The notes beneath the pieces were generated by a model that was given only the letters and a program-made list of their open reading frames with translations, searched no databases and was not told where the DNA came from. The translations under genes and the position numbers were made by a program. Shown here piece after piece: positions 35,359 through 48,655 of a stretch of 64,000 nt of DNA; the first letter of the stretch is position 1; the number at the start of each line of letters is the position of its first letter. Source of the stretch: Amoebidium appalachense (taxonomy: Eukaryota > Protista > Ichthyosporea); the NCBI GenBank assembly GCA_963693365.1, contig CAVNZM010000012.1:8684001-8748000 (forward strand). Direction: 5' to 3'.

Positions 35359-36717
35359 TTCCCCCCTCCCCCCTTCCTCCCCATTCCCCCCGGAGTCCCT
35401 TGGAGAAAATATTTCATTTACGTGCTCACACCGAACCCTCCGCCTCCCCTAACCCGCCCCCTTCCCCTCTCCCTCCCCCCCCCCCTCCCCTCTCCCCCCC
35501 CCCCCCCCCCCCCCCCCCCACACACACACACAGTTCCAGCAACACGTGCTCAATGCTATGTACGGTCAACCCCAGGCCAATACCTATCTGCACGGAGAGA
35601 AGAAATACCTCCTCCTGCCTGTGCGCCACAAAGCACACACACAGGCAGGCACAGACCTGCACACATGTGACATGGAGGTCTGCTGGGACATTGTGGATAA
35701 AGCACTGGTACGTGTGTGTTCTCCCCGACCCCCCCCCCCCCCCCCCCCCCCCCCCCCTTCCGGCCACACACAGACACACGCACACACTGGCCCCGTCTCT
35801 ACCACACCACTGACACACCAATAACCACAACAACAAATCTTGGAGGTTAGAGGTGGCAGACGGAATTTTGGGTGCCAAGGTTGGTGGGGGTGGAACGGGG
35901 GGGAGATTGGGGAGAGAGGGAAAGAGAGGGGGGGGGGGGGGGGGGGATGGGCTCTCCATGCATGTCCCTCGTTCATCCCCCCCCCCCCCCCCCCCCCATT
36001 TCTCTTTCTTTTTTCCTTTCAGGATGATCGGCACACAGGCACAGGCACCCCCCTACCCCGTACCCTTCCACCCGAGGGCCTAGTCGTTTGGACGGCATAC
36101 AACAGAGACCACCACTACCGTGTCTACGAACATGGTGATTCGCCCACACACACCCCCCCCCCCCCAACCTGCCCCCCCCCCTACGCCAGGCAACCCCATC
36201 CCCTCTGTGCCTGCTCCCTTCCCCCTCTCTCGCCAGGCACTTTTCTTTATCCCTCACCTCCTGCCCCCCCCCCCCTCCCCTCTCTCCACACACGTACGTG
36301 CATCCCCCCTTCCCCCCCCCCCCCCCCCCCTCCCCCTCTCGTGTCTAAGCAGAAGAAGCCGAGCCTTATGGTGAGAAATGAACTGTTGTTACCTTGATTA
36401 TTATAACCTAAGTAAAATGGTACCAACAGCAACCGGAGCAACAGAAAAACAACAGAAAAAGATGGTAATGGTGATATTGATAACAATAACACAATAAGTG
36501 CAACTGAAAATTTTGATAATATCCCAACGGTAGCTTTAAAAGTCATGATAATGATATTTGCCAGTATTAGCAACATTTGCCAAAAATGACATTAACAACT
36601 AGACACTAACCTTATTTTCAGACCCAGAACTCACCACCGATTCCATGCTTGAAGTCAAAAAGGGTCCCCTTACCTACCGTCAATATATCACCACAAAATA
36701 CCAGTAAACCCCCCCCC

Positions 36718-36748
<31 letters not shown>

Positions 36749-36804
36749 ACACCCGGCCCCCACCACCAACACCCCCGTTCCAGGCCCTCAATCCTAGACT
36801 GCCC

Positions 36805-36841
<37 letters not shown>

Positions 36842-39289
36842 GGGGGACGCCCATTTTCTTCTATGTTTTCGCGCAATTTAAGTGTCGCCGAATTTCCATT
36901 TCGTGTTTCAAGTTCCTTTATCTTCCAATACAACGAATTAATTGTCGCCAAAATATACATTTTCACGAACAAAACCCCTACTTTCCCTCTACCCGTGCAC
37001 CCCCAAACTCAATAATCAAAAATTCATCCACACCTCGTTCTATACAAATTGAACCAGATCTTACGTCATAGTTTCTCCACATACCACCGCTCTATACACT
37101 TACGACACCAATAACCATATGAGGTTAAGGATACTGATATCTGATTGGCTACTACAGGGTGGAGATGCCCACCAATGAGCGCCTACTCCAGGCCTACCAC
37201 CTTGGCCAGGCTCGTGACGTCAGACATAGGGTGTACAAACCAAAGGGGAAGAAGGCGGGTGCAAGCGTGGTTGGTGTTTGGTTCAATGTCATGCAAACAT
37301 CCGTTCTATTGGCCGAAAATTGCACATGAATCTGTTATTATTGGCTGCTTGAACCAAAGATATCGTTATGCTGTGTGTTTTCTTTCAATTCATGGAAATC
37401 TTTACAGTGACTCATTCCTGGCCCACTCCCCACCCCCCCACCTCCTGACAATAAAAATAAAAAATAAAAAAAATAAAAAAATATAAAAACTAGTCTTTTT
37501 CTCTTAGGTCAGTAAGTGCTCACCATCATCCCCTTTTCGCTCACGTATACTTTTATCTATGCTTCTTCCCCCCCCCCCCCTCCCCTCCATCCCACCCCAG
37601 CCCCCCCCCCCCCCCCTCTCCCCTCCCCCGCTCCTCAGCCCCCTCCCCGGGGCGTTACTTCAACAACTCGTCTCCGCTTACCCCTCCCCCCCTCCCCCCT
37701 CCCCCCCCCTCCTCCCACAACGATTTCATGCTCTTCTCTGGCCCCCCCTCCCCCCCCCCCCCAACGCCCGCCGGCCCTCTTCGTATGAAATCCTTATAAT
37801 GGATTTTTGAGGTGGAATCTCCTCCTCTTCCCCGCCCTATACGTTAATATTCTTCTCCCCCTCCTCCCTTTCACGTATAATATCATAAAACCCCCACCCT
37901 CTCACGTATACTTTTATTATTTCCCCCCCCCCCCCCCTCCCCTTCCTTCCCAGCACCTAGTACCCAGCCTATGTCGCATCAGTCCCCTCCCTCCTCGTCT
38001 TTGGTCCATGGCCCGCTGTCTGCCTGTGTGCTGTTGGCTCGCTGAGTGCAGCCTATTGGTGGACGGTATAGAACCCCCCCACCCACCCACCCCCCTCCTC
38101 CTTCCCCTCCCGTCCCTTCCTCCCCCCCCCCCCCCCTCCCTTCCCCTTTCCCTCCCCCCTCCCCCCTCACTCCGCCCGCCGGCCTTCCACATGCGCAAAC
38201 ACCCAATGAGATCTCATAATTGTTCTCTGATTCCTTTCTCTGGCTCCCTAATTGTGAAATTGTTGTGACCACTGCCCCCTTTTTCATTCTGTGAGTTAGG
38301 AGACCCCCCTCCCTCCCTCCCCCCCCTCTCCCCCCCCCCTTCCCCATCCACACCCTCCCCCCTCCCCCCCCCCCAAAAAAAAACAAAAAAAAAAACACAC
38401 AAATACAAGTGCCCTGCCCTCCCCCCCCCCCCCCCCCTCCCCCTCCCCCTCCCCCCCCCCCCCCCCCCCCTCTTTTCACCTCCTTCATCCCCTTCCCCTC
38501 AAGCATGCCCTTCCGCCCTCCCTCCCCTCCTCCCTCTCCCCTTGAAGCCCGTTTTCCTTTCCTTCTGGTACGTTTTACGGCCCACCTAAGAACAAAAGCA
38601 CTCAGGTCGGCAACCGAACTATCCCCCCCCCCCCCCCCCCCCCCCACCCCCACCCCACCCCCCCTCTTCCCCCATTGCCCTTCTGCCAAAAGAAAATCCA
38701 GGCGGAAAAAAGAGAAGAGAAGAAAAAAAGCATCATCTCACTAGGGTCTCCCAATCCTGACCTGGTCGACACTAACATTTAAAATTTTAACCTCCAGATC
38801 TGATTGGCTCTGTTGGTCTGCCAGTCGATCGAGACAAACTTCAAACTGCAATCACCTCCACCACTTTTGACGTGAGTCTCCCCCCCTCCTCCCCCTTCCC
38901 CCTTCCCTCCCTCCACCTCCCTCCCCCCCCCCCCCTCCCCCCCGTCCGCCCTCCCCGTCTGAGTTTTCTCTTGTGCCCCCTCCCACACCCCTTCCTCTCC
39001 CCACCTCCCCATCCCTCTGCCCTATACCAACCTTCGTGGGTTTTCTTTTCCTCTTTCTGAGGCCCCCCCCCCCCCCCCCCCCCCCCTCCCCCCCCTTCCC
39101 CCCCCCCCCCCCCCCGGGGCATGCCTTTTTGACGTCTCTCTGCTTACCATGACAAAACAAATAACCATATATGGTGTGCATTGACACCACCTGATTGGCA
39201 GGACACCAACCACAACTATGAGCGCTATGAGAACATCGGGGATGCCCTTCTCAAGTATCTTGCCTGTGCCTATCTCTTCAACGGTATTA

Positions 39290-39324
<35 letters not shown>

Positions 39325-39526
39325 CCCTATCGTTCCTGAGAGGCAGGGTGGGATTGGCAAAGACTATAATGATCCACCCCCGCACTTCGAAATGCAACGG
39401 AAAAGAAAATAAACCCGAGTTTTCATCCTTCATCATTTGAAGCTAGTTTCGGGAGTCTCCCTTTTAGTCCTCCAACCCGCCCCGCCTCCCCTCCCCCCCG
39501 CTCCAACACACGCACGCGTGCGCGCG

Positions 39527-39572
<46 letters not shown>

Positions 39573-42342
39573 GTACCCCACTGCTGACGAGGGAGACCTA
39601 TCGATGATGCGTACCCGTCTAGTTGCAAACGAAGTCCTCTTCAGAAAGGTGGCTGCCACCCCCCCCCTCCTCACCCTCCCCCCGCTCCTCCCCCCCACCC
39701 CACCTCTCCCACCCTCCCCCTCCCCCTTCCCCTATCTCTGATATCGAGTTTTGCATTCGGGCGGTTACGTATGGTTCCTCCCCACACACCTTTATTTTTG
39801 AAGTTAAAAAAAATCCTACTAAAAAACATGTAAGCTTCGTGAGTTATTTGCAAATCATAATCGTTGGATTAACTGAATGGCTGGGAATTACCGTAACTTA
39901 GCAAAAAGAATATCTTAAGGCACCTTTGGACTTTGCGTTCTTCAAAACGTGGGGAAGAGGGGGATAAGGGGGGCGGGGGGGCGGAGAGGGGGGGGGGGGG
40001 GGGGGGGGAGGGGGGGGGGGGGGGGAGGGGGGGGGGAGGGGGGGGGGGGGGATTGGGGGAGGCATAGAGCAGGATTTGGAGGGTGAGAGAAGGAGAGATA
40101 TGAAAATGAGTTATATTTTGGCCATTAAGCCAATTCCGTTGTTCTACAAAACACAATACTTATTAACGCATTCATGTGATTGGCCGCAGGCCGTATCACG
40201 TGACCTGCACCGCTACATCCTGCACACCCCCTTCGACCAGCAGCAGAAAAACTGGATGCCCCCCGGTAAGACCCCCCCCCCCCGGGCAAAAATTTAAAAA
40301 TCATAATAAAAAATAAAAAATCACAATAAAAAATAAAAAGGTTTCCCCCTCTCCCCTACCACCACTCTCTCCTCCTTCCCTTTCTCACTTCTCCCCTGTC
40401 CCCCGCCTCTTGTCCCCCCCCCCCCCCCCTCCCCTTCCCCGCCCCGTCTCTCTCTCTCTCCCTCCCTCATTTCCGCATAACCCCCCTCTTTCCCTCCCAC
40501 TCTCCTCCCTTCCACACACCCTCCCTCCCTCTCTCACTCCCTCTCTCCCACCCTCCCTCCTGACTCCCCACCTCCCTGTCTCCTTTTTTCCCTTCCTCTC
40601 CCTTACCCTTCCCCCTCTCCCCTCCCTCCTTCCCTCTCTTCCTCCCCTCTTCCCTCTCGCATTTCCCACTGTATCCCCAATCCATTTTATCATCTGACTT
40701 TTAACCAATCACCAATCAGGATTTGAGGTTCCAGCAACCGGTGCCATGTCGGCAAAAGTTGTTGCTGACGTGGTGGAAGGTGTGTGCCCTCCCCCCCCCC
40801 CCCCCCCCCCCCCCATGATGGCATTTCTGACTGGCTGAGTTTGTAGCGATATTATCACCCCTCAATAGCGCTTTTTTGGCTGCTATCTATATATTTCCTG
40901 AAAGCTTATAATTTTTACTGTATTGTTTCGTAGAAATAGTATTCCTGCAGGCAGCGCTGCAGCCAAAAACGTGCCAGCAAGGGGACAAAACTAACCTTTT
41001 ATGATGAGCCACCTGCCAAAAATGGCGCGTAAATAATTGGCTAATTTTGATTGGGTAACACCTGCCATCATGCTCCCCCCCCCTACCTCCTCCTCCCCTT
41101 CACCCCTACACGCCCACACCCCATGGCCCTCTTTCCTACGTACATTTTTTCATCTACCACAATTGGTTTTTGTTGTTTAGGACCCTTGTATTATCGGCGG
41201 CGGGTGGGGGTGGGGTGTGGGTGGGGGAATGGGTGGAGAGCGAAGGGGAGGGGAATGGGGGGGGGGGGGGGGGGGGAAGGCGGGATAACAAAAGAAGAAA
41301 ACCCAAGATCAATTAGACATATCCCGTGGGGGGAGTATTTTTTCACAAAATAAATGCAACTTTCGACCCCCCCAGCACTGATTGCGGTGTATTTTCTTGG
41401 TGGAGGTTGGTCTGGCGTCTTGGGCTTCGCTGATTGGCTGGGTATCACGCTCGCAACTTCGTAAGTAACCCCCTTGCCCTCCCCTCCTCCCCCCCCCCCT
41501 CCCCCCCTCCCCCTCCCCCCCCTTCCCCCCCCCCCCCCCGGGTGTATCTATGGTAGTGGGTGTATCTATGGTAGTGGCATGTGCCAAATCGAACGAAGGT
41601 TGAATGGCCCGGGGGGGGGGGAGGGGGAGGGGGGAGGGGGGGGGGGGGGGGGAGAGGGGAGAGGGGGGTGAGGGGGCTAGAGAGTGAGACAACAGAATGG
41701 TAAGGGAGAAAGTAAGGGGAGGGGGAGAGAGTGTGTCTGGGTGTGTATGTGTGTCGGTGGTATGGGGGCAGATAACTGGTGTGAGGGGGGAAGGGGGCGG
41801 AGGGAGGAGAAAAGGAGGGGGGGGGGGGGGGAGGATTTTGTACACGGTGTTCATAACACATGCCAAAGATTCAATGGGTCACGTTCTTTAGTTACAAAAC
41901 CCTCTCACACACCCACTTTTACCCCTCTCACCATCCAATCATATCACACAGCGGCCCCTACACGCTTAATGGGAAGAGTCCACCCGAAGAAATCCCCGAG
42001 GGATTGGTGGGGCTTCAACAGAGGTTGGGCTACAGCTTTAAGAATCCCCAGGTAAATTTAGGGGGTACCAATATCTGCCAAAATTTATATGATGTATTCA
42101 AAAAATAAGAGGGGGGGGGGGGGGGGGAGAAGAAAAGGCAGTGGTAGATTTTTATTTAATCTCCTAGAATTGGATAGCGAGAAGAGCAATTCATGGAGTG
42201 ATAAATTAGCCCTGAACAGAGCTGGGTGATAATATAGTTTAATGTGTCTATATTCCTACTTTTTTTAGTGTTATATAAAAATGGCTTTTTTTCTTGCTTT
42301 GTTTTTTTGTTTTTGTTTTGTTTTGGAGGCGCCGGAAAGGTT

Positions 42343-42385
<43 letters not shown>

Positions 42386-42758
42386 CGATGCACATTGTGT
42401 GATATTACTGTGCTTCCATTCCGTGTGCTTTCACGGACTGCCGTATACTTCCTATGGGCTTACAAAATTTCACATTCCTGAAGTAGGAACGAAAATCACT
42501 AACCCAATATCCCCCCCCCCCCCCCCCCCTCCTCCTCCTCCCCTCTCCCCCCCCCCCCCCCACACACACACACACCCCACCTCCACCCTCCGCCCCCTTT
42601 CCCCCCGGCCCTGCCACCCCACCCACCCATCAACCCTCCCAGACACACCCACCCACACAATTACACACACTCTCATCACCACCACGACACACACACACAA
42701 ACCTTTCTTCCCCCCCCCCCCCCCCCCCTCACACACACACACGCACGGGCACACGCAT

Positions 42759-42845
<87 letters not shown>

Positions 42846-43071
42846 ACACACACACACACCACACACACACACCCATCCACCCACCCAGCTGCTCCTTTCA
42901 GCCCTGACCCACCCCAGCTTTGGGCCGACGTTTGAGCGCCCCGAGAGACTGACCCATGTGGGGGACTCACTCATAGACCTTGTGGTGACTCTGTATACTC
43001 CCCCCCCCCCCCCCTCCCCCCCCTCCCCCCCCACAAACACACACATGCACACACGTGCATGCATACATACA

Positions 43072-43111
<40 letters not shown>

Positions 43112-43784
43112 ACACACACAAACAACCGCCCTCCACTTACCCCCTCCCCCCACCCCCCCTCTCCTTCCCCCCCTCCCTCCCGGGCCCCTCTACTCCCCCC
43201 TTCCTCCCACCTCGTACCCTCTCACTTCCTTCCTACATTCCCTACCCACTCCTACTACTTCTCCGTGATCCCTCCCCCTCCCCTTCCCTTCCCGCCCCTC
43301 CCCCCCTCCCCCCCCCCCCCCCCCCCTCTCATAGAGTATCTAACCCACTGCTTTCGACTTGAGCCATGTGCAAGCCTTTACACTCAACCTGGTTAACTCC
43401 CCCCCCTCCCCCCTCCCCCCTCTCCCCCTCTCCCTCTCCACCCCCCCCCCCCCCTCCCCGCCCCCCGGCGGCTCCCCCCTCTCTACACCCTGCAGATACG
43501 AGAAGACTAGTTAACTAACTCCTCCCCCCCCCCCCCCCCCCCAGTGACCTGTATGCGCGCTACCCCTACCTTGGGCCTAGTGGGTTGACTGTTCTGAGAG
43601 CAGCAGCAGTCAGACGCCCAACAATGGCAGAGTTGTGTCTGCAATATGACATGCACACGTACATGGCCCCCTCCCCCCCCCCCTCCCCCCAACACACACA
43701 CGCACATACACACACACACCCCTTACTCCCCCCTGTCTCACTCCTCCCTCTCCTTCCCCCATGCCCCCTCTCACTCCCTGTCCC

Positions 43785-43817
<33 letters not shown>

Positions 43818-44683
43818 CCCCTTACCTGCCCGTTCCTCCTCCCCCACCCCCTCTTGCCATTAACCCCCTCACTCGTTTACCGGTACTGTGTTGGAGCATG
43901 CATGATCTTTGTACGTGGCTATGTAATTGGGCTGACGCACACACGTGTCGACACAAACATGGAGGCACACACGCTCAGGCATGCCGAGAACAAGCACACA
44001 CACATACACAAAGCGCCAACATTAACAGCCACTTACTTGTACCCCACAAACCTACCCCCCCCCCCCCCCCCCACGCCGCCGCCGCCCCCCACCCACCCAA
44101 ACCGCACCGGTCCCACCCTCTTCTCCTCCCCCCAGTGTGCATAGGTGGCACACTTAGAGTAATGTTCACGCTGTGACAAGCACGCACACACACACACACA
44201 CGCACACAAGCACGCACAAACACACACACACAGGCACCTGCGCTACCGTGAGAGCACCACCACCATTGGAGAGGAGATCAAAACATACGCAGCCACAGAT
44301 AGGAGTGATCTGGACACCATCAGAACAGACCAGCCCCCAAAGGTTTTAAAGCTTTTAACAACAAGTTTAATAAGATTTAAGATTCTTTGTTTGCTTTGTT
44401 TATATCGAGTAACAATACAATCATAAGCCATCATTTTTCTTGTTCGTTTTCATCAAGATTTTGTGTGCCGCATGGTGTGCAGAGTTTCCACCCTGAATGG
44501 TCATAATGGAGAAATGGCCCCACAGAAATTTCAGTTACCCTTGGGCGCTTATAATAAAGACCAAATGTTGAATGAAAACACACACTTTATTTACACTTTA
44601 CCCTCCCCCCCCCTTCCGTCACTGCCTCCTTCCCTCTTATCCTTATCTCCCTCCTCCCCTGCCCTCCTCCCTCCCCCCCCCCC

Positions 44684-44714
<31 letters not shown>

Positions 44715-45202
44715 ACACACGGGGAGCTCCTCTCCCATCCCAGCCCCTCTATATGATACCCGTGTTTGACACGAACCATACTAACAGTGACATTCTTTCC
44801 GCACGAATTAATGGCTTTTCTGTATAAATGGACCGGGAATGCCATTACGCTATCATTTTTCTCTTAGCCGATTATTCAATCTTATTTTCTTTCTGTGTTT
44901 TAAATCTTAAGTATTTTATTTTATTTTATTATTCAACAACTACATTCTTTCAGGTGCTCGCAGACACTTTCCAGGCTGTGGCTGCCGCCATCTGGTGTGA
45001 CTGTGGGGGGGACATCGAAAAAGCAGGTGAACACAAGGGAGCCCCCCCCCTCCCCCCCCCCCCCCCCCCCCCCCCCCCTCCAACCAACCACCCACCCGTC
45101 ATCACCACCACCACCCAAAACATTAATATTTAAATAAAAAACCCTTGAAAGCCTTGAAAAAGAAATGTGCGCGCGCACACACGCACAAAAGACACAGACA
45201 CA

Positions 45203-45240
<38 letters not shown>

Positions 45241-45586
45241 GAGAGAGACAGACACTAGGCACCACACACATACAACACTCTCCGCCATCCCCCTCACCAT
45301 TCCCTCGTGTGTTCCTTCCCATGCACCTATGTTTGTTGTGTCCCTTTACTTGTTGCTTGATCTATGGCAATGGATCCCAACTCCAATCGTGTTGTATTTT
45401 TTTTCCCTTGGATACACACCAGCGGCGGATAAAAAATCTTCTGATGACGTCATTCTGATTGCGCAAACATTCTCGATCGAGCCGCTGGCGGGGCCGAAAT
45501 TTGGGGTTACTCTCCTTCTCTTCTTTTGTAGGCTTCCTCCCAATATCTCCCCCTTTTTTCGTTTCTCTTTTGTGTGGTGAAGAGGG

Positions 45587-45629
<43 letters not shown>

Positions 45630-47374
45630 TGAGATTGCACACCTAATATAAATACTTACTGACACATGTTTCGTCCCTTCTCACCGCTACTCCCTCCATA
45701 AGCCCTACGTCAACATCCATCCCCCCCCCCCCCCCTCCCCGCCTCCTCCTCCGTCTCCCTCCCCCTGCCTCTCCCTCCCTCCCTCCCTCCCCCTCCCCCC
45801 TCCCCCCCCTCTCCGGGACGCTCCCCACCTCCACCCGCTTCCCGGGACTTTCCCCCTTTACCTTCACGATACTCACCCCTCATACCCATCCACCCCCTCT
45901 CTCTCTCTCTCTCCCCCCCCCCCCCCCCCCCCCCCCCCCACCCACCCACACACACACAGGGCCCCACATATCCCGCCTTCTCTCGCCCATCCTCGACACC
46001 TACGCCACCCCTGAGAACTTCCCCACCGATCCGATTGGAAATTTGAAGCGGTGGTGTGAGGAATACGGCCACCCAGCCCCCAAATACGCATGCAGGTAGG
46101 TGAGCATCTGACCGAATAGTCACAACGCAAATTTAATTGGAATTGCAGATCCAATCATATAGCTCAATTTTTTTAAAAGTGGAATTGCGGATCCAATCAT
46201 ATAGCTCAATTTTTTTAAAAGTGGAATTGCGGATACAATCGCCTTATTGGATTTGATTTTATCCGATTTCCGGCCCGGTCCAGGCGTTGTGACTATTTGG
46301 CCCTATGGTGTGTCCTAAATCTATCAAGTTGTAAGGTTTCAAGTGGTGTGTCATGTACATGGCCTAACTTAAGCGTTAAGCTTAACGATTGCACACATCT
46401 CCTTATGTAAAACACTGCTCTTAGTAAACTAAACTTTCAATATTAATTATTATTGGGAATAATGGGGTACATACAAAGCTGAAATTCGGGGTGATGGATT
46501 TTGGAAATGACGACACACTCTATGTACCTTTCAAGCCTTTTGTACGTGTGATTCTCATACCTCTGTGCAGAACCGTTGCACACGACAAGACATTCCCACA
46601 AGGGAACTTGGGACAAACACAAACATATAATACAATTTTGTTTTTGTTTTTCTTTTTAAAAAGCGAAGTCACACCTGATTGGGTCACCCGTGACTTTGAT
46701 TCTAATTCAACTGCCTACAGCGTACCCACACACTAGTACTCAGACGGCCCTTTGCGGTCAGTCAAGAGCCCAAAACCATGACATTGAACTTAAAAACTAG
46801 TAAATCAACAAATCGTTTATTCGATTTAGCATTACCAATATCAATTAATTAATTAAGTTAGTAACGTTGATTAGCAAATCCGCAATTTGCTAATACTAAT
46901 CATTTTTATTTATTAACTCATAATATACAGGTGGGTAAAGAGTCGTCAGTTTCCGGGCGAAAGCAAGAGTGCTGGTGAGAAGGAAGAGGAGGTTGCACAA
47001 GTGACCATCACACTGGCAAACAGGCACATGGCTACAAGCGCGGCAAAGAGTACGTGCATGATACTCCTCCAATCACATACACACTGCACGTGCATCACGT
47101 GACAAACAGATGCTATACGGAACTTCAACAGACATCATACGGTACACGCACAAGCAGAGACAGACAGAGACAGGCGTACGCAGACACAGACACACACACA
47201 GGCAGGCAGCTAGACGGACACAGACAATTGTGACGCAATGTCACACGCGTGCAAGCACTTCCACATGCACACAAACGCATGCGCGCACGCTGCGCGTGCA
47301 CACACAACTGCAAACAGGTGGGCATACACACACATACACAGGATATACACACACAGACACAAACAGACACACGT

Positions 47375-47405
<31 letters not shown>

Positions 47406-47478
47406 CCCCGCCCACGGCACATTACGGTGCCACTCCATGGAAATTGCCACTTACATAATTTTAAATTGCATTTTATCA

Positions 47479-47509
<31 letters not shown>

Positions 47510-47523
47510 GGCCCAGGGGGGAG

Positions 47524-47554
<31 letters not shown>

Positions 47555-47586
47555 GGGAGGGGAGATGTGTGCGTGCGTGCGTGTGT

Positions 47587-47617
<31 letters not shown>

Positions 47618-48246
47618 GGGGGGAGGGGGCGGGGGGAGGGGAAGAAAGGAAGAAGCAAACATGATCATGCCAACCGTGTCCGATACCTACCATGCTTTAT
47701 TCTTTTTCTTTTCCTCTTTTTTCCTTCCTATCCGATCTTTCATTTAAATGTTTACATCTTTCTTTCCTCTTCTTTCTTTCCCCTACTGCTTTCCCTTCCT
47801 TTCCTATCTTTCGTTCATGTATCTTAACCTCTTTCTTTCTTCTTCCTTTTTTTCCCCTACTTTTTTTTTTTTTTTTTTTTTTTTTTTGCCCCACAGGAGA
47901 AATTGTTGCTGCGTACAAAGCGGCACACCACGCTCTCCGTGTTCTTACCGGCACATACAAAAGACGACAACCGGACGACCCATCCAACCCCCCACCCAAC
48001 CAAACAAGACCCCGCGGCAGACGCTCCACCCACCCATGGGCACCAAGGAGGGAGAGAGATTCAGGAGGGAGATGGGTTAAGAGAGGGGAGAGGGAAGGAG
48101 TGGGGGGAAAGGGCGAGGAAGTTCAAGGAGACAAAGAGAGAGAGGTGTGTGTGATGTGGAGGGTGGGGAGAAGAGCGCGAGTGGGGGGTCGTGAGGTGAA
48201 TGATATTTGTGCAAGAATTATATATGGAAAGGGTGCAGTTGAATAG
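22177..48246 (+). CDS. Dicer-like protein (degenerate helicase remnant, DUF283, platform/PAZ-like region, RNase IIIa, RNase IIIb, dsRBD); roughly 35 exons
   Basis: Exon translations: DUF283 end CLWLYAHGALNGLLMP (~32441), platform YLLLPV...VCWD (~35600), connector VPSLCRISPLPPRLWSMARCLP (~37960), RIIIa NYERYENIGDALLKY (39202-) and KVVADVVEALIAVY (40720/41378), RIIIb LGYSFKNPQLLLSALTHPS...ERLTHVGDS (41951/42888) and PKVLADTFQAVAAAIWCD (44954), dsRBD PIGNLKRWCEEYG...AAYKAAHHALRVL. 5' exons and the start codon are less certain. Confidence 0.9.
27327..27625 (+). repeat. Degenerate ~80-95-bp tandem repeat (4 units) in a Dicer intron
   Basis: Recurring AAAAG(G/A)GAGGAAGA..CA(T/A)ACCAGGT(G/A)G(G/A)AGCCAAT-like core. 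Confidence 0.75.
30103..30258 (+). repeat. Three tandem 51-bp units, each with an 8-bp hairpin, in a Dicer intron
   Basis: Units start at 30103, 30154 and 30205. Hairpin AGGGCTAT-N8-AT(A/G)GCCCT. Confidence 0.95.
46138..46240 (+). repeat. ~42-bp tandem repeat (about 2.5 units), intronic
   Basis: TGGAATTGC(A/G)GAT(C/A)CAATC(ATATAGCTCAATTTTTTTAAAAG) repeated. Confidence 0.85.
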
Positions 48247-48483
48247 ATAATATAGGCAAGGGTTGAAAAAAACTGTATCTACGGGCTACACATGAAATCC
48301 ATGCAAGTAACGGTTGATATCTTGGGAGAAAGTTGGGATCATGCAAATATGGTATCGATCACGACACAACCTTTTTTTATTTTTATTTATTATTTATGTT
48401 GGTCAATAAATATTTTGTCGACACACACTCTGCTGTCTCAGGGTGGGTGCCGGCTATGAAAATGCTGAGCACGTGGAGGGTTT

Positions 48484-48599
48484 TTATCTGGTGCTTGTGC
48501 GTAAAACGTGACTAGAAGTGTTGCGTGCCTGTGTCTGTTTTCTGTACCTCCTCGATAATGTGTGTGTTCTTGGATTCATATTGAGGCTTTTATCTCTGC

Positions 48600-48655
<56 letters not shown>

